Position numbers and translations under genes: made by a program | Source: a virus | Taxonomy: Duplodnaviria > Heunggongvirae > Uroviricota > Caudoviricetes | IMG/VR virus record: IMGVR_UViG_2744054576_000007 | Span: 1 to 64,000 of that record | Length of the DNA: 64,000 nt | Strand: one strand, 5' to 3' | Shown: one piece after another, positions 20,292-29,458 of the stretch | Position numbering within the stretch: the first letter of the stretch is position 1 | How the letters are laid out: each line of letters begins with the position of its first letter | The notes under the pieces: generated by a model | The model's database searches: none | Seen by the model: the letters and a program-made list of their open reading frames with translations, nothing else | Told to the model about the DNA's origin: nothing

Positions 20292-20364
20292 CCATTTAAC
20301 AGTATATCAAATGAGTATATACTATTTCTGCGGTAAGTTATGTATATCGTTTAAAATGAAGATT

Positions 20365-20613
20365 TTACTCAATCTCATAAAATACTTGTACAACATTAGC
20401 ATTGTCGATCAATTGGTCATGCTCGTTTAAAACCATAATACATGATTCGCTTATTGGTACACAGACACCAGTTTCGTCGAGATGTTTTACAATGATTTGT
20501 TTAACTTCATCCAAACTTAAAGTGCATCCCCCTGTCACAAATACCCTCCTCCTTTCTTTGGTATTAAGTTGCAGTTCTACAATCTTTACTTCTGTCTTCC
20601 TGTCTAGTACCAT
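20365..20613 (-). CDS. hypothetical protein
   Basis: 82-aa ORF. Confidence 0.35.
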   Translation of the reverse strand: MVLDRKTEVKIVELQLNTKERRRVFVTGGCTLSLDEVKQIIVKHLDETGVCVPISESCIMVLNEHDQLIDNANVVQVFYEIE

Positions 20614-20644
20614 AAATATATTACTTTTAAGGAGTGGGCTAAGA

Positions 20645-21028
20645 ATGACATTAAATGAGAAAATCGCCTTCCTTTATTATGATAAACTGTGTAGCACTAG
20701 ACAGGTGGCGAAGGAACTTAATATATCCGCATCGGCTGTGTCAAAAGTCTTAAAAGAACATTATACTGGTTGTCGAAATAGAACTGTAGCATGTAACTTA
20801 CGAACAACCATCAACTATCGCTCCAAGTTATCCACTTCTCAACAAGGCGATAACAACAATCAAAGAAAGCTTAGCTCTAAAGAAGTTATTGAAATTAGAG
20901 AGTTATATGAAGAAATGATTAAATCAAATACTAAACTCCAGTCTCAATATGTGCTTGCTCAAAAGTTTGGTGTAAGAAGACCGACAATATCAGATATCGT
21001 TTTACGAAGAACATGGAAGCATATATAG
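20645..21028 (+). CDS. plus-strand HTH transcription regulator (two HTH-like segments, sigma-region-4-like)
   Basis: ATG at 20645 preceded by AAGGAGTG. The track ORF from 20402 overlaps the opposite-strand gene and is not credible. Sequence ...STRQVAKELNISASAVSKVL... and ...LAQKFGVRRPTISDIVLRR. Confidence 0.5.
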   Translation: MTLNEKIAFLYYDKLCSTRQVAKELNISASAVSKVLKEHYTGCRNRTVACNLRTTINYRSKLSTSQQGDNNNQRKLSSKEVIEIRELYEEMIKSNTKLQSQYVLAQKFGVRRPTISDIVLRRTWKHI

Positions 21029-21045
21029 TTGATCAAATTGAACTT

Positions 21046-22224
21046 TTACTCAAAAGGATCTTTGTTGTCTATCCATCCCTCATACTCTTCTTTAGGTACT
21101 TCACGTACTACAAAACACTTCTTAGCAAAAATCTTATAATCTTCTTTGTGACTAAAGCCTTCGTATGGAATAATGACTTCAATTAAAACACCTTGATACG
21201 CATAATTAGACTCATCTATCTCTGCGCGCTCATTGAAATACAGATATTCATTTTCAGGAGTCGCCATTTGAGCAATTTTATATTCAAATTTCTTGTCCCA
21301 GTGACTAAAATAACGATCATCGCGTTTGTCAACAAACTTATAAAACTTACGAGATTCTATGTATTGTTTACCATCAAATTCTTCTATTTCTTCTAAGTCT
21401 CTATTGAACTTTTTGAGTGCTCCTTTTGTTGAAAGCTTGTATGTATAACCGTTAATTCTTGTGATTTTAGGCGTTTCCTTTTCAATTAGATCTATAATAT
21501 CATCTACATTATTAAAGCTGATTTCTTCAGGTTTTTTGAAATAATCTTCGCTTAATGACAGATCAGCAATTTTATCAATCACTTTTGAGATACTAAATTC
21601 TTCTCCTTCATCCAAACTAATTAGCTTATCGTAGTTAATCCCGTACATTCCACCTAAATGCTCTTTTAGTTTCTCAATGCTGTCAATTTTTAAGTCCATA
21701 CAGCGTAAAGCTATTCGTAAGAATTCAGGTTTCGAAATGTAATATCCTTTGTCTTTATATTTTTGAACTCTCAACAGTGATACAATTGGGAAGGCTGTAT
21801 CTTTATTAAATCTAAGCTGTCTCTGTGCATTATGCTTTAAGAAATCATTATGTAGGATAAATTCTTCTGTCTTAAAATCATATGCTCCCATGCAGATCGT
21901 AAAGTCAAAGCTATCAAATATCTGTTTGGCATTCTCAAAGTACTTAAAATGAATCAATTGGACTTCTTTATCGTCAACTTTTACCAATAACGCCTTTTTA
22001 GTCAACGCATGAACCCAATCACCACTGTCTTCATAAATCCTTTCAACCAATTCAACCAACGAGGCTTCACTACGGAAATATAAATCGATATCGTTGATCG
22101 GATTTCCACTAAACAAACTTGTTATAGTTCCTCCTGCAACAAACACCTCATGTTCCTTTAACGTATTTACAAGATGACTTCCTAAGATATCGTACAACTT
22201 ATTCTTTTCAAAAGTATGTTCCAT
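21046..22224 (-). CDS. class-II nucleotidyltransferase (CCA-adding enzyme / poly(A) polymerase head-domain-like)
   Basis: VAGGTITSLFSGNPINDIDLYF matches the GGxVRDxLLG...DxD head motif. FDFTICMGAY matches RRDFTINAM. 392 aa. Confidence 0.5.
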   Translation of the reverse strand: MEHTFEKNKLYDILGSHLVNTLKEHEVFVAGGTITSLFSGNPINDIDLYFRSEASLVELVERIYEDSGDWVHALTKKALLVKVDDKEVQLIHFKYFENAKQIFDSFDFTICMGAYDFKTEEFILHNDFLKHNAQRQLRFNKDTAFPIVSLLRVQKYKDKGYYISKPEFLRIALRCMDLKIDSIEKLKEHLGGMYGINYDKLISLDEGEEFSISKVIDKIADLSLSEDYFKKPEEISFNNVDDIIDLIEKETPKITRINGYTYKLSTKGALKKFNRDLEEIEEFDGKQYIESRKFYKFVDKRDDRYFSHWDKKFEYKIAQMATPENEYLYFNERAEIDESNYAYQGVLIEVIIPYEGFSHKEDYKIFAKKCFVVREVPKEEYEGWIDNKDPFE

Positions 22225-22299
22225 TCAATATCTCCTCAAGTATTTAAATTATCTCGCATATTAATAATAACATATTTCATTATTTTTGTATATTGGTTA

Positions 22300-22593
22300 T
22301 TATTTAATTACTACTTCCATTTCCAAAGCAACAACTAGCGTCATCAGAAAATCAAAACTTGGTACGTATTTGTTTTCTTCCATCTGGGTAATTTTAGTGA
22401 CTTCCACTTTTGCAAGATCAGCCAGCTCGTCAATATCTATGTTATTGTCTTTACGTTTTTTTACGATTGCATTTGTCAATTTTGCTTTCATTGCAATTTC
22501 TTTTTTCTCATTTTTAGTCTTATAATCTAACTTTTCCTTTAAATCTGACCAAGTTTTAAAACCAGTCTGTGCCATATCTCTCTTCCCCCTCAA
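22300..22593 (-). CDS. XRE-family HTH regulator
   Basis: The C-terminal 60 aa fit the HTH_3 pattern (IDELADLAKVEVTKITQMEEN...). Confidence 0.5.
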   Translation of the reverse strand: MRGKRDMAQTGFKTWSDLKEKLDYKTKNEKKEIAMKAKLTNAIVKKRKDNNIDIDELADLAKVEVTKITQMEENKYVPSFDFLMTLVVALEMEVVIK

Positions 22594-22598
22594 TCAAT

Positions 22599-22787
22599 TT
22601 AAACTAACAGAGTTCCAAAGTTATCGCTTACTCTAACTTCCTGTACCCCTTCTATATTTCGGACTTCTTCCTGATTTAGATCGGTCTTAAATCCCACAAA
22701 ATTGACTTTAATTTTTGGATAGTATATTTCGCCATAATTCTCTAATAGTTGTGGCTGTTCAGTGTATACAAAATACTCGTTCAACAC
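22599..22787 (-). CDS. hypothetical protein
   Basis: 62-aa ORF. Confidence 0.35.
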   Translation of the reverse strand: MLNEYFVYTEQPQLLENYGEIYYPKIKVNFVGFKTDLNQEEVRNIEGVQEVRVSDNFGTLLV

Positions 22788-22821
22788 ATCACCTCCTTAT
22801 ATTAATAAAATCAATCTTTTA

Positions 22822-23115
22822 CTATTCTTGTTCTTCAGCTTCTTTTAATTCTTCATTTGTTTCCTTTTGTTCGTTCTGATTTCTTTGATTAGCTTTCGCT
22901 TTAATCCATTCAAAAAATTGTCGTGACTGCCCCAAAGTGTAGCACTCTAAAAACTGTTCTGGAGTTATTGTCAACGTTTCATTTAAATACTCTTCTAGCT
23001 CATCTATAGAGGCATAAAAATAAAATTCGCTGTATTGATTGCTGGTAAGCAGCTTAAGTTTATATTCTTGTTCACTCATCGATGTAGTCTCCTTGTTGTC
23101 GTATAAACATTGCAT
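22822..23115 (-). CDS. hypothetical acidic protein
   Basis: 97-aa ORF. Confidence 0.4.
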   Translation of the reverse strand: MQCLYDNKETTSMSEQEYKLKLLTSNQYSEFYFYASIDELEEYLNETLTITPEQFLECYTLGQSRQFFEWIKAKANQRNQNEQKETNEELKEAEEQE

Positions 23116-23146
23116 TAGTTCATTTAGTCTGAATCAAAGTAAACTT

Positions 23147-23416
23147 TTATATTGTTTTATCGTAACTTAAAATTCCATTCGTAAGTTGCTCAACTGTCGT
23201 ATTCAAAATTATGGCTACCTGTATTAACTTTTCAATACTAATTCTTATTTCTGCTCTCTCATATCGATGAACGGTTTTCTTAGTTACACCCATCTTTTCA
23301 GCCAGTGATTGTAAGCTATCGTTTTGAAGTTTACGATACTTCTCAATATTTTCACCTACGATCAAATAAAAATTATGAGCATTAAAATCATTAACCATAT
23401 AGCGTCCAACTTTCAT
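23147..23416 (-). CDS. XRE-family HTH regulator
   Basis: LQSLAEKMGVTKKTVHRYERAE is a classic HTH_3 signature. Confidence 0.55.
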   Translation of the reverse strand: MKVGRYMVNDFNAHNFYLIVGENIEKYRKLQNDSLQSLAEKMGVTKKTVHRYERAEIRISIEKLIQVAIILNTTVEQLTNGILSYDKTI

Positions 23417-23445
23417 GTTTGAGTAAAAGAAAGATTTTAATTGGA

Positions 23446-23655
23446 TCAGTCAAATGCGTTTTCTTCATCTGAAAAATATTTGCGATTTTTTCCAGTGGCC
23501 TTCTCAAGGTCACGAATGTAAACCATAATATGATTTGAGTAATGAGGGATTTCAGTCATTTGGTCTAAGATAATGTACAAATTCCTTAATGTTTCTTCTG
23601 CCTCGACCATTCTTCCTTTGTTATACCCCAACACATAATCCGTACTTGTGCTCAT
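23446..23655 (-). CDS. hypothetical protein
   Basis: 69-aa ORF. Confidence 0.35.
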   Translation of the reverse strand: MSTSTDYVLGYNKGRMVEAEETLRNLYIILDQMTEIPHYSNHIMVYIRDLEKATGKNRKYFSDEENAFD

Positions 23656-23696
23656 ATTATCTCCCCATTTCTATGTAAAAGGAAAATTTGATCGTA

Positions 23697-24005
23697 TTAT
23701 AAATTCCGGTCATATGCTCCTACTACAGTCAACCCAGTAATTTCTACTAAATTATACTGATAAAAATCCCTTTTTTCATCAACCATATCATTAATAGAGT
23801 TAGCTGCTTCTTGAAGTAAATCTTCAATTGTCATTTTTTCTTCTGAAGTAATGATTAGGTCACGAGTAATGTTTTCTTCTTTATCGTTATTTTCGACATG
23901 GAGACTTATTACTACTTCATAGTAATACCTTGTTTGAATAAAACTTTTTGTTGCCTTTTTATATTTCATAACAGCCAACCTCTTTCTTTTAAGTAAGATG
24001 TACAT
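23697..24005 (-). CDS. hypothetical protein
   Basis: 102-aa ORF. Confidence 0.4.
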   Translation of the reverse strand: MYILLKRKRLAVMKYKKATKSFIQTRYYYEVVISLHVENNDKEENITRDLIITSEEKMTIEDLLQEAANSINDMVDEKRDFYQYNLVEITGLTVVGAYDRNL

Positions 24006-24525
24006 CTCCAGTATTCTTGATTCGAAGATATACCTCTCTTTTGTATTCTTCTAGCTCTTCCTCAATCCTTCCCACTTTAATTCCAATTTCAGTTCGTTTA
24101 GTAATATCTTTATATTTCCTCATTCTTTTGTATAACTTACGTATTTGCGATTTTTGCGCTTGTATTATGATGTTTTCCTTAAAGTTCATTTTTCTTTTAT
24201 CTATGTAAGCTGTAACATGAGCTTTAATTTCTGTTATGTTAAGCTCGTTACAAATTATAGCTCTATGATTCCCCCCGTAATAAACAATAAATTTATCCTC
24301 TTGTGGAATAAGGATTAACCCTATACCTCTTGGTTCAATATCTCTCCATCCTTCATTTTTGATTTTTTGTCTTAAGTATTTCAAATCCTCGTCCTCTAAT
24401 TTACGTGACAACCCAATAATCTTGGCTGGATTAACAGTTTGAACTCCCAATTCAACTGAAATGTAATTGCCACTTTCTTGTATTTGATCAATTACTTTTT
24501 CTGAATCAAGCCATTGCCTCACCAA
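23989..24525 (-). CDS. ParB-like nuclease (ParBc) domain protein
   Basis: YYGGNHRAI resembles the ParB N-terminal GxxRxxA (DGHHR-type) motif. 178 aa. Confidence 0.45.
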   Translation of the reverse strand: MVRQWLDSEKVIDQIQESGNYISVELGVQTVNPAKIIGLSRKLEDEDLKYLRQKIKNEGWRDIEPRGIGLILIPQEDKFIVYYGGNHRAIICNELNITEIKAHVTAYIDKRKMNFKENIIIQAQKSQIRKLYKRMRKYKDITKRTEIGIKVGRIEEELEEYKREVYLRIKNTGDVHLT

Positions 24526-24567
24526 ATCTTCACCTCATTAATTAAATATGATGAAATGTACGATTTA

Positions 24568-24792
24568 TCAGAACTCCTTGATTATATCTGTAGCTTCCTC
24601 ATCTTCTTTTCCTTCATCCCATATCAACTGTTGTTTAGTTCCAAACTCTTTCAATGCCGATTCGTAAAATTCCTTTGATATCTGGGTCTTTCCTGTAGTA
24701 TATCCCTCATCAAAATGCATGTAATAATTAGAATCATCTTTAAAATATGTAATGCTCATACCGTAATAAGTAGGCAACTGAAAGCCAATCAT
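24568..24792 (-). CDS. hypothetical protein
   Basis: 74-aa ORF. Confidence 0.35.
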   Translation of the reverse strand: MIGFQLPTYYGMSITYFKDDSNYYMHFDEGYTTGKTQISKEFYESALKEFGTKQQLIWDEGKEDEEATDIIKEF

Positions 24793-24850
24793 AATTAGTC
24801 TCTCCTTTTGTGATGAAATATTTGTTTTACCATGATCAAATCCAATAAAA

Positions 24851-25714
24851 TTATATTTCGATTTCAGTCTTACCTTTTCTTTTAGTTAGCAGCAATATGA
24901 TCGAAACCGATAAGCAAGTCACTATAAGAATAGAATTCACAATAGTCCTATCATACGAATTGAATGTAGCATATACATCAAACACTATATGAGTTAGAAT
25001 AACGCTCCAAATTCTCTTTGTAATAAACATTATTGATGCAAAGCATAATCCCATCAAACCAATCATAATTGTAATGTCTAGATTAATCCAACCATCAGAA
25101 TATGCAAATGTATGCATCCATCCGAATAAAAAAGAACTTACTATAAACGATATCATTAACAAGGCAATCTGAATATTCTTTCCTTTATTAAGTTTACCGA
25201 CTCCATAATTTAGTAGCAAATAAATCACTAAAATGCTTGAGTATCTCCAAACTTCCTCAGCTCCAGCTAGAATATCTGTTACCAAGCTGATATAAATTTC
25301 ATTTGAAGATATGCTTGTTAGTCCTTGTGGATTGCTGTTCTTAACAAACACTCTACCGACAAGACCTGCTATTAATATTGTAGCAATCGGGGCTAACAAG
25401 GGAACGTATATGTAATAAATAAGAAAACTCAACTTTTTGTTTTTTGTATCAAAGCTATTTTGAGGTAATCTGAAATAAATATTTTTAGATTGCCATAGGG
25501 AGAATAAAAACATGAGAACAAACAGAATTATCTGCGTATAGCCTGTATCGACACCAAAGCGGTATTTTAGAGGGACAAGCAATGGTATAGAAATGAAGAT
25601 CATAACATTAACTAATACAAATACTTTATTATTGATGGTGAACGATTCTGCTAATCTTTCCAGTAGAGCATTTTTCTTCTCTCTTGTCTGCATGGTCTTG
25701 CCTCCGTAAAACAT
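24851..25714 (-). CDS. CPBP-family intramembrane metalloprotease (CAAX protease/Abi, PF02517-like)
   Basis: Polytopic membrane protein with EExxxR (AGAEEVWR), FxxxH (FGWMHTF) and a distal H (LTHIVFD). Confidence 0.55.
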   Translation of the reverse strand: MFYGGKTMQTREKKNALLERLAESFTINNKVFVLVNVMIFISIPLLVPLKYRFGVDTGYTQIILFVLMFLFSLWQSKNIYFRLPQNSFDTKNKKLSFLIYYIYVPLLAPIATILIAGLVGRVFVKNSNPQGLTSISSNEIYISLVTDILAGAEEVWRYSSILVIYLLLNYGVGKLNKGKNIQIALLMISFIVSSFLFGWMHTFAYSDGWINLDITIMIGLMGLCFASIMFITKRIWSVILTHIVFDVYATFNSYDRTIVNSILIVTCLSVSIILLLTKRKGKTEIEI

Positions 25715-25796
25715 TGAAGTTTTTTCTCATATTTTATCTTAATGATTTTAGTGTGTAGTTACCTCTGTTTCCTTTCTTGTAAAAGTCATATTTTAT

Positions 25797-26291
25797 TCAG
25801 TCATCAATTTCATCATTTCTCTCATGTGGAACCACATAAAAATCACCTAAAATTTTTTCCAGTACGGTATCATCTATTTTATTTGTAGTTCCTGCTTCGT
25901 CCTTAGACCTCTCCCAGTCATGTTTTAAAAGTATTCCAATGCAATCTCTAAACTCTTTAAGTATTAGCTCATTATCATCCCCACTCTCAATGATTTCGAG
26001 TAGAGAAATAATTTTCAAATCCAGTAAATTACCTTTTACTTTTAGCGGATTCAAGCTAAAAATTAAATGTGCAATTAATTGTTTCTTCTCATATTCACTT
26101 TCGTATTTGTTTGAATAAATCTTAGAAGCGCTTACTTTGACAAATTGCCTCCATTTAGCTCTTTCTTCGGTTATATATTTTAAAGATAAGTTTTTATCGT
26201 TGTTTTTCTTAGTGATAAAATTTGCGATAAGTGCAGTTATTGTTGAAGCAAAAACGGAAGATGCAAGTATGGTTGATATATAATCATTCAT
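25797..26291 (-). CDS. N-terminally membrane-anchored hypothetical protein
   Basis: 164 aa. N-terminal TM helix followed by a soluble domain. Confidence 0.4.
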   Translation of the reverse strand: MNDYISTILASSVFASTITALIANFITKKNNDKNLSLKYITEERAKWRQFVKVSASKIYSNKYESEYEKKQLIAHLIFSLNPLKVKGNLLDLKIISLLEIIESGDDNELILKEFRDCIGILLKHDWERSKDEAGTTNKIDDTVLEKILGDFYVVPHERNDEIDD

Positions 26292-26334
26292 AAAATTCCC
26301 CCTTCGTTTTAGTCTTAATTGTATTCTTCAATCA

Positions 26335-26577
26335 TTATTTATTTAAAATTTTGACATATCCAATAGACGTATGATTTTCATGCTTTCTGAGAAGCTTGTA
26401 CCTTAAAATGTACTCACATTTCTCTTCGAAATGACATGGAACTTCTCGACCCTGTTTTGTCCAAATATACTTTTCCCCATTTTTACTGAACACAAAATTA
26501 TTGCAATTCGAATATCTACCAGTATAAATGTCCATGCTAGCTAAGTTTTTCTCATAAACAAACTTATCTTCATCCAT
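26335..26577 (-). CDS. hypothetical protein
   Basis: 80-aa ORF. Confidence 0.35.
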   Translation of the reverse strand: MDEDKFVYEKNLASMDIYTGRYSNCNNFVFSKNGEKYIWTKQGREVPCHFEEKCEYILRYKLLRKHENHTSIGYVKILNK

Positions 26578-26620
26578 TTAAAACTCCTCCTAAGTAAAAG
26601 TGTTATTTAATTTTCAGTTA

Positions 26621-26851
26621 TCAATCCTCATCGTAAACAATATCATCTTCTGAGGCATCAACATCTCTACCATTCTTTCGTAAAAAGTCTTCTGTTTCTC
26701 TAATTCGCACTATAATAGCATCGTCTTCATTTAGTTCTTTTCCCAATTGTTCTTTTATTCTACAAAGCATATACAGCTCACTCTCTGCTGAGTCCAGTTG
26801 GCCTTCTAGATATCCCTTTTCAAAATCAGATTTTTCAGCCATACATGTCAC
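26621..26851 (-). CDS. hypothetical acidic protein
   Basis: 76-aa ORF. Confidence 0.35.
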   Translation of the reverse strand: MTCMAEKSDFEKGYLEGQLDSAESELYMLCRIKEQLGKELNEDDAIIVRIRETEDFLRKNGRDVDASEDDIVYDED

Positions 26852-27133
26852 ATCCCCTTATAAAATTATCTTTTTACTCTATAATCGATTCAAAATAGGC
26901 TATTGCATTTTCTGTGTTACATCTATCTTCATCTTCTAGTTCGCACTCAAGATAATGTTCTAAAGCTCGTATTGCTTGGTGAATATGCTCTCTTATCTCT
27001 TCGTTTTCTTTTACCATCTTGCTGCCACCTACCTTTGTTTCATATTATACAACATTTTCCTATGTACGTATGTAAATCGCTTGTTTACTATACATATAAT
27101 TTTATTATTTTTGTTTGTTTAAGTCAAGCTGAA

Positions 27134-27526
27134 TTATTCCAGCCTGACCAGTTTATTCAAATCAATTTCCATATAGGCTGCTATCCTAACTTCAACATCT
27201 CTTCTGATCTTAGACCAAAGGAAACGCAAGGTATGAGTATACCCACGACACAAGTACTCAGTTACTAAATCCTTGTCCGACCTAACCCCGTCAAAAACTT
27301 TTATGCCCCTCTGTCTCATTTTTTGACGAACAATTTTCAAATCCGCCAACACTCTACTTTGCAAGCCCTCTAGGTATAAAACAAACAATTCTTTCATCTT
27401 TAAGTCAGACTGTTTAATCTTTTTAAGGTTAAGCTCTAATACATCCAACACATAAGGTAGCTGTATAAAATCAATTACAAGCTGAGTGTCTTCATTAGAT
27501 GTTTTATAATTGCTCATGCTGAACAC
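27134..27526 (-). CDS. putative regulatory protein expressed from a LexA-box promoter
   Basis: 130 aa. The track start is GTG and an in-frame ATG lies 9 nt downstream. AGGAG ribosome-binding site. Promoter and Cheo box lie immediately upstream. Confidence 0.45.
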   Translation of the reverse strand: MFSMSNYKTSNEDTQLVIDFIQLPYVLDVLELNLKKIKQSDLKMKELFVLYLEGLQSRVLADLKIVRQKMRQRGIKVFDGVRSDKDLVTEYLCRGYTHTLRFLWSKIRRDVEVRIAAYMEIDLNKLVRLE

Positions 27527-27534
27527 ACACTCCT

Positions 27535-27548
27535 AGAACGTTTGTTCT
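27535..27548 (-). promoter_or_regulatory. Cheo/LexA-type SOS box AGAACGTTTGTTCT (GAAC-N4-GTTC)
   Basis: Perfect dyad. Minus-strand promoter -35 TTGAAT (27575-27580), 17-nt spacer, -10 TACACT (27552-27557). Box lies 3 nt downstream of the -10 and upstream of the ribosome-binding site of the 27134..27526 gene. Confidence 0.55.
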
Positions 27549-27572
27549 TATAGTGTACAACTAACTAATTAA

Positions 27573-27875
27573 CTATTCAATAGCATCGTATCTAAACATG
27601 TTTCTATATGCTTCAACAAGAACTCTTTGTCCAACATATTCGCCATCTATGTATAATTCAAATTCATTACCCTTATGTTCAGCCAAGAGAGCATTTGAAG
27701 GAATGTTCCCGTAATTCCTTGTATACTCCTCTCCACTAGGTAGCTCAAACCGAACAACAATTAGATTGTTAATTTGATTTGTTTTAAGGTAAATTCTAAA
27801 AACAGTGTCTGTTTTGGGTGGAAACTGATACTGAACATTAGTCTTCTGTTTTGCCATTATTATGTATTCTCCCAT
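27573..27875 (-). CDS. hypothetical protein
   Basis: 100-aa ORF. Confidence 0.4.
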   Translation of the reverse strand: MGEYIIMAKQKTNVQYQFPPKTDTVFRIYLKTNQINNLIVVRFELPSGEEYTRNYGNIPSNALLAEHKGNEFELYIDGEYVGQRVLVEAYRNMFRYDAIE

Positions 27876-28056
27876 CTTGGTAAAACGATGCTTTTACAGA
27901 TCTTTAGCTTCTAAATAATCTTCTACTTCAATCATCAATTCCATTAACTCTTCATACTCTGCACCACTCATTGTACTTGTGCCACGATTCAATACAGTAC
28001 ATAATTCAAGATCCAAAGCACTTGCTACCTTATAAATTTGCTGAAGCAATTCTAAA

Positions 28057-28521
28057 TCATTCTTCAATCCTCATTAGCTCCTTCAATGCCTTTTCATATT
28101 TCTTTATTCGCTCATAATCCTTCTTTGTTGGCTGCTTGATCCTACTCAAATCCATGTTATCTTCAATATCAGCAATCTTAACTTTTCGTGCCAATTCATT
28201 TTGCTTACAGCGACGAATGAAGTCCATATATGATTCGTCTTTTTTTCTTGTAATCGCCTTAAGTGCTTCAATTACTTCGTCACTAAATTCACTATTTTCA
28301 ACATCATGAATAGTAAAGAAAGTGTCTTCCAAAACGTCATGTAGAACGGCAACAATCCTAGATGTGTGATCTTCCATCTTCATCATTACTCTGAGGGGAT
28401 GAAGAATGTATGGATTTCCTCCCTTATCAAGTTGCCCTGTGTGTAGATTTGCGGCAATATTAATCGCCTTGGACAGTTCATTGCTGATAACTGCGTTATT
28501 CAAATAATTATCTAGCTCCAT
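28057..28521 (-). CDS. HD-domain (p)ppGpp hydrolase, SpoT/RelA-type small alarmone hydrolase
   Basis: AANLHTGQLDKGGNPYILHPLRV...VAVLHDVLEDT is the RelA/SpoT HD signature. 154 aa. Confidence 0.6.
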   Translation of the reverse strand: MELDNYLNNAVISNELSKAINIAANLHTGQLDKGGNPYILHPLRVMMKMEDHTSRIVAVLHDVLEDTFFTIHDVENSEFSDEVIEALKAITRKKDESYMDFIRRCKQNELARKVKIADIEDNMDLSRIKQPTKKDYERIKKYEKALKELMRIEE

Positions 28522-28596
28522 GTCATCGCTTCTCCTCGATCTTCAATTTTCGTGCCAACTTAGTTTCACTTATCTAATCGTAAAAGCCCAATTTTA

Positions 28597-28830
28597 TCAG
28601 TCATCTTCCATATGAATTTCATAGTATTCAGGACATGCTTTTCTGTTCAACCAAGCACTTTCACCACACGCCCCAAAATCAAATTCGTACAACTTGCCAT
28701 CCGATCCAATGCCAAAGCAATAGCTTTCATCTTCAGTTAAAAAACGATCTCTAAACATGTCCCATATCTTATATTTCATTTTTCTACTCCTATCCATTGA
28801 ATCCATAAAGCAAGTCCAACTCAAAATCAC
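28597..28830 (-). CDS. hypothetical protein
   Basis: 77-aa ORF. Confidence 0.35.
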   Translation of the reverse strand: MILSWTCFMDSMDRSRKMKYKIWDMFRDRFLTEDESYCFGIGSDGKLYEFDFGACGESAWLNRKACPEYYEIHMEDD

Positions 28831-29458
28831 GATGCGGCTTTAACGTATATAGTGTCTTGCCCACTTTTCTCACATATCTACAGCAGTTACCAGTTCCACC
28901 CTTCGATCCATCCCAAGCAGCGACAACAATTCGTGACTTATCTACCATATACTCATTTCTCTTTTGCATCTTCGCTATATGATACTCGCCAATTGACACT
29001 CCCTCTACTCTATACAGTGGCAGCTCGTCTACATAAACAACATCATTTGCTGTATCAAGCATCTTCTTGTACCATAGTTGGGTCTCTTTGTCTGACCATT
29101 TTATTGGCTGATTTTTAAATGGTACAGCGACAACATTAACAATGTTGGGGCAGCACTTTTTCTTTAGTCCTTGTACTGTCCAAAATGCTATCTGGTCAAA
29201 CCCAATTGCTCCACCAGATATAAAGCGTTCAATTCCTTCTTTTTCAATTAGATTGACCAACACAGGTTCAAGTTTTCTGCTTATGTATTTTGATTGTTCA
29301 TCAGTAAGGCTATAGCAATTATTCATTTTGTTTGGGCGATGCCCTGTGAAGCAAACCGTTTTTCTTTCTAATTGAAATTCTATTCGTTCTCGCTCTTCTT
29401 GCTCTCTTCGCTTTTGCTGATATTCAGGTGATTTAAATTTGGAGAAATTAAATGACAA
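28790..29458 (-). CDS. YpsA/YoqJ-like SLOG-family (DUF1273) protein
   Basis: ISGGAIGFDQIAF matches the Rossmann-like ISGGALGVDQ motif of SPbeta YoqJ / B. subtilis YpsA. Confidence 0.5.
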   Translation of the reverse strand: MSFNFSKFKSPEYQQKRREQEERERIEFQLERKTVCFTGHRPNKMNNCYSLTDEQSKYISRKLEPVLVNLIEKEGIERFISGGAIGFDQIAFWTVQGLKKKCCPNIVNVVAVPFKNQPIKWSDKETQLWYKKMLDTANDVVYVDELPLYRVEGVSIGEYHIAKMQKRNEYMVDKSRIVVAAWDGSKGGTGNCCRYVRKVGKTLYTLKPHRDFELDLLYGFNG

